64,000 nucleotides of DNA from Tubulanus polymorphus (lineage: Eukaryota; Animalia; Nemertea), in the NCBI RefSeq assembly GCF_964204645.1, contig NC_134031.1, positions 5,642,001-5,706,000 of the forward strand, given 5' to 3'. Below the pieces are notes generated by a model. The model saw only the letters and a list, made by a program, of their open reading frames with translations, was not told where the DNA came from and did not search any database. The position numbers and the translations under genes are program-made. Positions 50,419 through 60,638 of this stretch are shown here, piece by piece. How positions within the stretch are numbered: the stretch's first letter is position 1; each line of letters begins with the position of its first letter.

Positions 50419-53316
50419 GTAGCACGGATGAAACAGGAGTGTTTCAAGAGCTTGTTTGAATACATCGACGTTCCAACTGGTGATGACTGTTTGTCAACAG
50501 CCGAAACGTTGTGGTTTCGTTTTAATGAATTATATATCGTATGAATATTCGAATTTTGGGACTTCTTCGATTATCTAGAGTGTACACGGATAAGAGTGTT
50601 TCATTCGACTAACTATCGACAGACATTGATGTATGCAAATAAATGCTCCAAATGATCTTAATATCGAGTTTCTTTCTCAATAGAGTTCGGCTCAGATGGT
50701 TCGGTAGATTCAGATACTACCTTCGCAACTTGTGAAAATCGTGACAGGTTTGTAAATTTCGCTATAAAGATATTGGGAAATTCCGTTACCATAGATACAT
50801 AAAAATAGGTGCAGCGAAGGCAAATTTGCCTGCTATCCCGAGAGAGGAGAATAGCGCGCTACGGTGACTGCCAACTTCAAAGGGCATGCTTTTAAGAATA
50901 TGTGCATTCTACGGAAAAGGTGTAAGGTTGTCAAATTCAACAATTACTATTAAAAAAATTATGAGTAGTGACATTTCAAATCATATCATTTCAACTCATT
51001 TCGGCTCATAGCATCAATATTCCCGTATATTCCCTAATAGTGTATATACATTATATACATTATGTTATTTCGGTTGCTCTGATGATGGAGTTTAGTCAAA
51101 AAATTTCAGAAAATGAATAATTTGAATCATCAACTTTGGGTTTTCACTTATCAACAAATTTCAAACAAAATTATAGGTTTTCTCTCTGAATTGAATCATA
51201 GACAGTCACCAAGTTTGGTTAATGTAGGCTAAGAATAGAATCTATGCATATATGGGAACATATAGCGAACGATTCGGTATAGAAAGAAATGCATGCAGAT
51301 AGTTTGTCACGGAATGCCTGTTGATTAGATTGTAGTGATGGGAATATTACGTGACTTGCGTCGCAAAATAACCAGACCAGCGCTTTGCGCTAATGAACGC
51401 GACCAATTACCCAAAATAACCCCTACGTTTTTCTATTGAACGTATGGCCAACTGAATATTGCCTGTTGTTAGAGTTGAGATAAATCACCTGTTCATCGGC
51501 GTTGCTTTCAAGTATTTGAAAATGTAGTTTGGCCCATTACTTTACCAGGATCAAACCAAACTCCTCTTCGGGCGCGTCGCGTCGCAGGAAGTACATGTAC
51601 AACTCACTGCGACTGGCGCTGGTGGTCGTGTCGCAGTGAGTCGCAAGCTGTGGTCCTTGTCGTCGTTTCAGGGAACAACTTGTCTTACAACTTTCATAAC
51701 ACACAAATATGATAAATGACGCTTAAGATGGCATCTTTTTCATCCATTAATAACTTATTGTTAGGATCCTCAGTATCCACCGTTGTTATCCTTTTTTTCA
51801 AAATACATAAAAAGAATTGATTCAAATTGTTTGTTTTAAAAGTAGTTCATAGTTTTCGTCGAAAAGCAAGCCTATATTGTTTGAATAAATATGAATTGAA
51901 TTGAATCAATCGTTAAACTATATACGGGCGGTTGGTGATTAAAGAATGGCTTCGGGTCTATGGATTAAGGGGAGTTTCGGGCCACGCCTCGGGTCATTCT
52001 GCCCTCCACTGCATCGATGATCTATTTTCGTCGGCATATCCCATCAAAGCCAACAATTGAACTATTATTCTGTGTTTTTGTTGTTGTTTTTCCATTGAAA
52101 ACGTCAGTTTGCGAAAATTGAAACTCGAAACTATGAATAAAACAAAGACGAGTGCGCCGCTAAAGCCCTGCCGATATGAAAACGGATATCTCAGAAAAAA
52201 ATGTTAATTTGATTGCTTTCCTCGGCCATGCATTGATCTGATAAATCTGACCGCCATACACAATGCAAAGACAGCCCGAGGATCGAGTGCCGCTCCGCGA
52301 ACGCCAGCTTTTCATTTTTGTATGCCATAGGCTTGAATTTTTTGATCGGGGTCTACATCTGCTACTTGCTTTTGATCTCATGAAACTATAAACGACAAGG
52401 AAATGATGTTTGGCATGGAAAGTAACATCGAGTATGTGAAGGAGAGGTCTCTCGCGCCGGGAAGGAGCCAATCAGCGTAAAGCATGAGCACGTATTAACT
52501 TCTACCTCGATAAACAAAATTGTCCCCATGTCACGCGTTATCATGGGCTAAGTCAGTTTCGAGTGCAAGTCAGACTTTATTTACCCCTTAACCTGTTCCT
52601 CAGTTGTGTATACATTTCGGTCCAGCTTGATTCAATTCTTCCCCCAGGTTGACCAACAGTTACCAATTTGATTTTGAATGGGCCAAGAGGGTCGTTTCAT
52701 AGAATGACTTAAGCTTCGTTTAAAGAAACCATTACCTCAGTGACAAGCACTTTCATCACGCGGGTCTTGAATTTCCAATCTATACAAACACGTGGCTTAC
52801 TAAAGCGTCGGCGATATATCTTAATCTTATAGCATTTACTTTTCTCTAGAGGTCAAAACTCGATGAGTTTAAACTGAAAGCAATTTTTCCCCGATCAAAC
52901 TGTTTCGGCGCGCGAAGGTTCGATGAACGCGCGATGAATAAACGATCAACACTTTTTAATCGTTCTACGAACACTCCGCCGCTATTCTCGTCTGAATTGA
53001 CGCGGAAAATCGCGATGAAAATCGCCGCCAAAAAATCGACGACTTCTGAGCAGCATTCGAGTTAAACCGAGTGGATAATTGGAACAAATTGCGGTAGACG
53101 TCTTACATCGCTTTCACCGGGGCAACACAACGACCCGAGCGGGAACGGCTCGTGCGTCAATTCTATACAGGGATAAATGTCTTTAATCACGAAGTCACAG
53201 AGAAACTCTTTTTTCTTCCGAACCATTTATGTATGAAATGTACAAGGCAAATGAATGACTTTGAGGTCGTAACAGATCAATGAAAATTGAGTTCGAATAC
53301 GCATTTTTCATTCTTA

Positions 53317-53644
53317 GGGGCCGGTTTAGTTTTGTAGATCGGTTTTAACTATAACCCAGTCGGTTTGATAGACTGATATTATCTTTAACCCGGGGGCTAA
53401 ATGCTTTCATTTCCAATTGAGTTAACCCCGAGGTTCAAGTTAATACCGGTCTATAAACCTTGCCCCAGGGTCAGTTTGATAGACAGGTATTTACTTACTC
53501 CGGAGGCCCACTGAATTCAATTGGTTAGCCAACGGGTTTGAGTTAATACCAGTCTATAGAACAGGCCCCATCGTTAACAAAACTCGTCAAGTCAATTTAG
53601 TTAACTCCCGCGTTAACGTTGAAATTATTCTATAAAACTGGTCC
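53317..53644. mobile_element. Cluster of 2-3 palindromic Harbinger-like MITEs
   Basis: GGGCCGGTTT...CCTTGCCC|cag|GGTCAGTTTGATAGAC...GTCTATAGAACAGGCCC, followed by a partial third copy. Confidence 0.6.
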
Positions 53645-55804
53645 GAGAAGGGATGGTTGTGGTAATTCAACTCAAAGTTATGGAATGGAAAGGACAACTA
53701 CCGTATCGTATCGTATCATACCGTATCGTGTATTTGTGATGTAGGTGCTTGTCTTAAATAATTGCTCTTTGTAAGGATGCCGAAATAAAAAGAAGTATCA
53801 GTTAACGGTCATTTAGACGTGCTTCATAATCTAGAAACGTGGCACTAGTCGAAACAGTGTTTATCGTATTTCTGGGAGAATCACATATGATATGACATTC
53901 TACGAAGGTTAACCGCAAATTAGATACGTCCATCGGCCCCATTATCCAATCGGCTAGCTCCTCGGGCTCAAATTAATCAACTAACTCATTATGGGATACG
54001 GTGACGCAACGAATAAAAGTATATCACGTGGAGCAACAGTGCGCCCCTAGGTGTGAAACGTCGAAATCAAGCTCATTAGGCGCGGCAACAATGCTCGCAA
54101 ACTGAGACAAACTCGACAACTCGCGTCCTATAACAAAGTAGCAAATACGGCGTTAACGCCGGGATATTTGATGTAATTGTTCTTAACGTATAGGTGTTAA
54201 AATACCACAGGTGGAGTACTTCACATTACACGGCGCCCCGCTTCCAGGACGTCATGTTACCGATGGATTCCTCGGTGTCCATGGTAGAATCAACGGGTGC
54301 CTTATCTGGGATTCTAAAATCAACTAACACCTGGCATCCTATTTTTAAAGCCATCCTTTCGGAAAAACGTTTATATTAGCTATATAGATGAATACGGTGA
54401 TATTATGACTTTAGTGAACATTTCCAATTATTTTACGATGGTTTCTTATTGAGTTGTAGAAATATCTTCGAAACAAATTCAAAACCTGGGCTAGAAATTT
54501 CAATATATGTTATTCCGGTGGAACAAGCTATCAATAATGCCCCAAAATACGGCATAACATATAATCAAAAGGGCAAAAATAAACTTTTTGGAAATACAGA
54601 GAAAAGCTTATGAATTAAATTCGTTTAGGTATCGGTTTAATACGTATGTTTCATTTTGTCGTAACATTTCTGGGCAACTTAACATTTTAGGGGGAGAGTA
54701 CCCGCTGTCGCCCAGGACTCCCACTACGCGAGAGGGTTGACATGGTTTTGTTCTTGGGATTTAACATCTCCTGCAATGTTTCCGTTGAACCTATACAATT
54801 TTCCCATTCACTCTCTCCCCGTCTGATTACTATCCCACTCTCCTTCCCTCTCAACCCTCCTCTCTATCTCCCCTAGCCTCCCACATATACGCAGATACTC
54901 GTATATCCATATCGGATCGTTACGGATTAACGATTATTTTATGACGTCATAACTCGTGCTGGTGGGTACATATTTATAGCTTCACAGTTTCACACGACCG
55001 GTTTAAAGTACAGCGATCGCTAATGAAATGTATTCACGATCGATGCTACGTTTCGTAATGATAATTAACCTGTATCTATCTGTCATGGTTCATTCGGTGC
55101 CGGTTTAGCTCGGTTCCGATGGCCACGACACTTTCTGCAGTAAAATCGATTTCTAAAATTTACGATCTCCTATATATATATTCGAATCAGCGCGCGGCTG
55201 GGATCGAGTTAGAGATTAGTTCACTTTTAGTTGGAGTCGGATTTTGATCTTGAAATAGGGATTTCCATCGTATTCATTTGATTCAATTGCTTCGACCCAC
55301 CACACCTACCGGTAACAATGAAATAGGCTAATCGGAAAAAAAATGTACGGATATAATATAGTTGGATTTCTACCCACAGGCTCACAGTGAAATTGGAAAA
55401 TGGATTCCAATCGGTAATGCGTATGAGACATTATGATAGAAATTTCATAAGCCGAAGGGGGTCGCAAAATTGGATGTTCCATCCTGAGGATCACTAGCCC
55501 TGTGATGAGCACGCACATTATGCGAATACAGAGGGTAGCACCTGGCGCACGTTTACTCCGAAAATCCTTCCCGTAAAAGTTCGATCTGTAGGGCCTACAA
55601 TCTGAGGTCAGGGCTACTTATGTATTTTTCTTTGGTTGAAACTAGCCCAAATCCTTGAAAAATGACATCTACAGGGGCTTATCTTTACCTCTTCTTAATT
55701 GCCCTTTCGACTAGAACATAAAAATTCCAAAATTCATTTACCGGAAGTAGCTATTCTAAGGAACTATATATGATAATGAAAAAGTGGCTCATAAGCGCCA
55801 ACCC

Positions 55805-55825
55805 GTCTCTGTGGCGCAATCGGTC

Positions 55826-55871
<46 letters not shown>

Positions 55872-55878
55872 AGGGACG
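55805..55878 (+). tRNA. tRNA-Asn (anticodon GTT), copy 1
   Basis: GTCTCTGTGGCGCAATCGGTCAGCGCGTTCGGCTGTTAACCGAAAGGTTGGTGGTTCAAGCCCACCCAGGGACG; 74 nt, followed by a T5 run. Confidence 0.96.
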
Positions 55879-55913
55879 ACTAACTTTTTCTCTTTTGGCC
55901 ATTCTACCAACAA

Positions 55914-56066
55914 CTACAATGATTCCAGTGCCTAATATTGAAATACCATTTACATTAGACATTATCTTTAGAGGAAAATGCGATTCAGAGACTACGACTC
56001 CGAATCAAACCTACGAGGTGAGATACTTTTTCAGCAAAATCTTTTCGGTACAAGGGCTAAAAGCAA
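55914..56066 (-). pseudogene. Decayed duplicate of the Dispatched-like last intron/exon-10 junction
   Basis: Aligns by eye to 57313-57464 (caatgattccagWgcct..aaataccatttac..gactacgac..aacctacgaKgtgagata..ttcggtaMaagggctaaaagcaa). Reads ag/GCA CTG GAA TCA TTG TAG. Confidence 0.75.
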
Positions 56067-56205
56067 CGTTCTGTTTTCATATCTTAAAAATGGTAAGCCT
56101 AAAAAAATATATACCTTGTTTCTGATTTCTGCTGAGCATAAAACGTTGACTCAGCCGGACGCTTTTCCCTGTACATTACCTGTTTGAAATCATGATCAGG
56201 CTAGC

Positions 56206-56230
56206 CATGGACTCAAAAACAGAATCCATG
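56206..56230. mobile_element. 25-bp hairpin mini-element, 7-bp TSD GGCTAGC
   Basis: ggctagc|CATGGACTCAAAAACAGAATCCATG|ggctagc. Confidence 0.8.
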
Positions 56231-56410
56231 GGCTAGCCATCTACAATTTAATACGGGCATATCATGAAATATCTACATAATAAATTGTAACACGCAATCT
56301 GATCTTTACACCAGTACCCGACTAGAAAAAAGTTCTTTATCATTTACCGGAAGTTGCTATTCCAAGGAAATATAAATAAGAATGAAAAAGTGGCTCATAA
56401 GCGTCAACCC

Positions 56411-56431
56411 GTCTCTGTGGCGCAATCGGTC

Positions 56432-56477
<46 letters not shown>

Positions 56478-56484
56478 AGGGACG
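56411..56484 (+). tRNA. tRNA-Asn (anticodon GTT), copy 2
   Basis: Identical to copy 1, 606 bp downstream, followed by a T6 run. Confidence 0.96.
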
Positions 56485-56955
56485 ATTAATATTATCTTTT
56501 TTGGCCATTTTCTACCGACAAAAGTTTGTCAGAATCATTTCTAACTATTCGTTGACTGTTATTCTTATGTTTCGACATTCAATAAACGTTGATTTATGAA
56601 TGTTTCTGGTCGTGAGAGATATTACCTTGAGATAAACAGATATATATGTACATAAATATGCCATCATCTTACAATACCATTGATAAGGACAGGCATGCCT
56701 TGACTCAAATGATTAAACAAATGAACACGATATAACATATCAGTAACATCAATAAAATATAATGTCAAAAGAGAAAACACCAATTTACAAAAATAGAATA
56801 CATTTCGTATAACGTTAAACTTGCATAATCGTACGCCATCTAGTGGCAAATATTGCTCACAAACATCGAGATGCTAAACAAATTGTTACTGTTGTATGCA
56901 TTGAATATATATAACCTATAATTAATAAAAAAAAGAACGAATAGCACTTCTGAAT

Positions 56956-57327
56956 TTATCTTTTTAAGCAACATTTTTCTTTCAGAAAACGAAACAACGG
57001 TTTTATCGAACCCTTTTCCTTGTTAGGACCAGCTAGCGCCATGAAAGTGGTGAAAAAACCGATTGCAAAAACCCACGAAAATCCGATTGAGCAAAATAAA
57101 AACAGCCCGAACTGATAGTTGAACTGTATCCGGCAAAACAGCATGAAGAACGACGCGCCCAAGGTCGTTATGGCGCCAGCAGTAACCGAAATTCCAACTT
57201 CTTCCAGCATATTTTGAGTGCGCGACTTCCGGTCGTCGTACGGCGCGTAGTAATATCCTTCAGCGAGATGGACGATATAGTCCACGGATAGCCCGACTAC
57301 TAAACATAAATTCAATGATTCCAGAGC
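56956..57327 (-). CDS. Dispatched-like transporter, exon 10 (TM10-TM12, stop)
   Basis: tttcag / ALESLNLCLVVGLSVDYIVHLAEGY...GAITTLGA...GP...KCCLKR*; 372 nt. GxxxD motif in TM10. Summed exons give 3876 nt = 1291 aa plus stop. Confidence 0.95.
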   Translation of the reverse strand, partial: ALESLNLCLVVGLSVDYIVHLAEGYYYAPYDDRKSRTQNMLEEVGISVTAGAITTLGASFFMLFCRIQFNYQFGLFLFCSIGFSWVFAIGFFTTFMALAGPNKEKGSIKPLFRFLKEKCCLKR

Positions 57328-57599
57328 CTGAAATAGAAATACCATTTACGATGCTACCATATGTTCTCATATGAAACGGAGTGCTTAGACTACGACCTCG
57401 AATCCAACCTACGATGTGAGATATTTTTTACGCGAAATCTATTCGGTAAAAGGGCTAAAAGCAAAAATTGATACCATTATATTGTTTTATTAATTTTATC
57501 AATTCAAAATGTGACCCTGGACGATTATGAGAATCGAGGTATCATTTTATTTTAGCCTAAGTATTCGATAATCGCATGTTTGTATTAAAAAAAGTTTAC

Positions 57600-57770
57600 C
57601 CCGATTTTCCAGCCCGCGAGAGGAATGACTCCTACGACGCACACGGTAGTGAATGTGATAGTCAAAGTTGCAACGATTCCCGTAATGATATTCATAGTTC
57701 CGATCACTAGCACCGGGCACGCGACCAATATACCTATACCCAATCCGTATATAGCCTGATACACTAACGT
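57600..57770 (-). CDS. Dispatched-like transporter, exon 9 (TM8-TM9)
   Basis: ttccag / TLVYQAIYGLGIGILVACPVLVIGTMNIITG...VVGVIPLAGWKIG / GTAAAC; 171 nt, phase 0/0. Confidence 0.93.
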
Positions 57771-57899
57771 CTGGAATTTAAAAATACATATACACTATAC
57801 ATAGACAAATATTTCATGCAGTAACAGAAACGACTGTCAGACCAAGTCTGATACGAATAGATTCACGGTCTAGGCTCATATGGGGACAGATCAAACTGA

Positions 57900-58162
57900 A
57901 GCCAGTTGCTCTGAAGTTGGCTGAGATAGCCGGTGACGAATACCATATAAACGGGCGGCAGAATCGAAATTTAACGAGTCAAATGCATCCGAAAGACAAC
58001 CAAAATCTTTATCGTTTATATGATGGTTCATTTGTTGCCAATCATTTTTAGCAACAATGCAACAAAATACTTTAATAAAGATGGACTTTTAATAGTCACT
58101 ATATCCCAACGATCCGCTGGTTATTGTATAACCAACTTTTGTCGAATTTAAGCAACTGGCCC
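57900..58162. mobile_element. Harbinger-like MITE in Dispatched-like intron 8
   Basis: GCCAGTTGCT...AGCAACTGGC inverted ends. Confidence 0.55.
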
Positions 58163-58192
58163 CTCAGTCTGATTGCGGGATTCTAGCCTCAC

Positions 58193-58279
58193 CTTTTGAA
58201 TATTCATAGTGTGATACGCGTTCGGAGTGTCGGGAGTAGCGAGAAATCCGTTCTTCAATCCTGCGGGTAAATCATCATT
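58193..58279 (-). CDS. Dispatched-like transporter, exon 8
   Basis: ttttag / NDDLPAGLKNGFLATPDTPNAYHTMNIQK / GTGAGG; 87 nt, phase 0/0. 'PxGLxNGF' resembles the Dispatched motif just before TM8. Confidence 0.9.
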
Positions 58280-58748
58280 CTAAAACGTGGTAGAAATGAG
58301 AACTCGTTAAAATGCGGCGGACGTATTATTTTTAAGGATTAACTTAGGTCAGAAAACAAATACACTTCTGAAAGCTGTCGGCGTATTTAAAGGACCTGGC
58401 CCGTAGCATGGGAGATAAGGGGGTTACGACGAACCACCCGAAGTCTGAAAAAGTCGGGTCAGCTTTTTAAGTGGATTCATTGAAATTTACTAAAATCTCA
58501 GACTTGTCCTATGAACCCCTGGTCTTGTAGGCCTTCGTGACTGACATTGGACTCCATAGCCTTGAACCGCATTTGCGTCACGAGGCGACGTCGTTACCTT
58601 CGTGAACAGTCGTTTCAAAAAGGTCCATCAACGAAAGGTCACGCTAAGACCCGGTGATTAACTTGAGTCAGAAACCAAATACCATGAAAGCGGTTTAGAG
58701 AATTCAGCTTTAGAATGCGGATACAAAATTGAGATGCTGCCGACTCAC

Positions 58749-58876
58749 GATTTCGCGCATTAGATTTTCCCAATGTTGCATAATGGGTAAACCGGTTGCA
58801 TAGCTCATGCGTTTAGCGTTCAGTGTCGTGTTGAATCTGATGGCAAAATATTTCATTTGATTTCCGTAACTTTGAT
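58749..58876 (-). CDS. Dispatched-like transporter, exon 7
   Basis: tttcag / (Y)QSYGNQMKYFAIRFNTTL...QHWENLMREI / GTGAGT; 128 nt, phase 1/0. Confidence 0.88.
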
Positions 58877-58949
58877 CTGAAAAGAAGCATGTATTATATA
58901 GGGTATTCGTTATATCTCGGAAACCTATACGTACGTTTACAAGGCACTG

Positions 58950-59140
58950 ATTTTTCTGAAAAGAGATTTCTCGTGTGGCCTAGAACTTCAGAATCAGAAA
59001 ATAATCTCAGTAGATAGTTTAAAAGCCCCTTATTCCAATGGGATTTCTAGAAAAGAGATTTCTCGTGTGGCCTAGAACTTCAGAATCAGAAAATAATCTT
59101 ACTAAACAGTTCAAAAGCCCCTTATTCCAATGGAATTTTA
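58950..59140 (+). repeat. 92-bp tandem duplication in Dispatched-like intron 6
   Basis: gaaaagagatttctcgtgtggcctagaacttcagaatcagaaaataatct...aaaagccccttattccaatgg starts at 58958 and again at 59050. Confidence 0.85.
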
Positions 59141-59228
59141 GTAACCCGTTTCGCAATCAAACGTGTAAATGCATCCTTGGAATCGGTAGCAAAACTTGAT
59201 ACAAAAAGAAAACATACAAAATACTCAC

Positions 59229-59349
59229 AAACGCTCTGTATCGTTAGCGTGTGATTGGTTTTCCAGTGACCCAGCAATTTGCTAAAAGTGCTGTAGTCGT
59301 CAAAATTCGTCATTTTATAACCGTTGGCTAACCAATAATCTAATCCAAT
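59229..59349 (-). CDS. Dispatched-like transporter, exon 6
   Basis: ttacag / IGLDYWLANGYK...TIQSV+T / GTGAGT; 121 nt, phase 0/1. Confidence 0.85.
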
Positions 59350-59449
59350 CTGTAAAGGGTAAGGAAATGTATAATATATAGGTCTTATTTTAATATAACT
59401 AGGTATAAAGCACGAAATAAGGCATGATCTATGATGATGACGACATCAC

Positions 59450-59620
59450 CTCTAGCCAGTTGGTGAAATCGTTACTGAAATTCGCGTTTCGATAAATCCA
59501 CGGCAGGTGATTCATAAAAACCGTCATTTTTTCTTTAGTGATCGGAATACTCATGTCGACATTCGGTGGAAATACTGTCACATTCGGCATGGCGTTATAC
59601 GTCCGAGTTTTCACATGATT
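59450..59620 (-). CDS. Dispatched-like transporter, exon 5
   Basis: tttttaag / NHVKTRTY...FTNWLE / GTGATG; 171 nt, phase 0/0, after an 80-nt intron. Confidence 0.82.
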
Positions 59621-59700
59621 CTTAAAAAAATTCACGATAAATGAAATTTGCTGGAAGCAAAAGAATTATTCTTGGTTTTAAATGAAAAGGTATAACTTAC

Positions 59701-59826
59701 CAACATATACGATTCGAACTTATCCATGAAACACTCGACTTCCGGTTCACCGGATGTCAAGTTAACCTTGATCTTCAATCGATCGATTTCCGACGCTGAA
59801 AGCTCGCGAAGTCGTTTACACAAATT
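59701..59826 (-). CDS. Dispatched-like transporter, exon 4
   Basis: ttgcag / NLCKRLRE...ECFMDKFESYML / GTAAGT; 126 nt, phase 0/0. Confidence 0.9.
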
Positions 59827-60244
59827 CTGCAACGAAGAAATTAGAGCTGTGCATCCTTCGAAACATCACGATCTTATGAGGAGCATTGCTATTCACAGAG
59901 CCCATATACAGTCCAGTTACCCCGACTACGGACTTGATTGCCGATTCGGATCCAGCAGGTGGGCGATTGCGTAACTATGTGAATAGAATGGCCGGACTAA
60001 CTGATAAGTTTGTACTCCATTCTCTCCCTGTTCCCAGGACCATAGCAACCATTCATGTGGTTGTATCTGCACAGTGCTGCGATCTCTGTCGCTCTACGAT
60101 TGTACCCAACCACACACACGTAGGCCTTCACTCAAATTAACGTTATCACAATAAAATATGTCAATGTGTGGAAACTTCAGACACTAAGGTTTTTGGTGAA
60201 CTACAGACTTCGCAAAAAGTTGATCCATTTAATATAACTGAAAT

Positions 60245-60295
60245 CATGGTATCTCCTAAAACCCAAAAATAAACGAATTCTTTTTAGATTCCATG
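60245..60295. mobile_element. 51-bp mini-element in Dispatched-like intron 3, 7-bp TSD CTGAAAT
   Basis: ctgaaat|CATGGTATCTCCTAAAA...TTTTAGATTCCATG|ctgaaat. Confidence 0.78.
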
Positions 60296-60322
60296 CTGAA
60301 ATCTATATATATATATACATAC

Positions 60323-60559
60323 CTTTAGAGCAATTTGGTTCTCAGGTTTATTCACGTTTAGCGTTTCATCCCAGACGACACTTCCGCTGCACTCATTGAC
60401 ATCTACGATATTCTTGTAATCGCACTTGGACGTGTCCAACGTTTTAAGGCCCCAAACGAAATAAACTCGCAATTTCTCGTCATTTTCCGACTCCCGGAAC
60501 CCGTACAGACGCAACCACGACGACTTGCCGTAGTTATGCCACGATGGGAAAACCTTTAT
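60323..60559 (-). CDS. Dispatched-like transporter, exon 3
   Basis: tttcag / IKVFPSWHNYG...VYFVWGLK...NQIALK / GTATGT; 237 nt, phase 0/0. VWG motif of the Dispatched second extracellular domain. Confidence 0.92.
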
Positions 60560-60638
60560 CTGAAACAAAAGGAAAATCGAGGTTTAACACAGAAAATTCG
60601 AAAACACGACATGAACTTATTCGAAGGATTTAGCATAC

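Noticed and set aside
49409-50425. CRISPR array interpretation of the repeat/element arrays
   Set aside because: Animal genome, 7-bp repeats, palindromic 'spacers' and no cas genes. Better explained as TSD-separated transposons.
59621-59652. Alternative in-frame acceptor for Dispatched-like exon 5 (ttccag at 59651)
   Set aside because: It would leave only a 50-nt intron. The acceptor at 59621 has a better pyrimidine tract. Not resolvable without RNA data.
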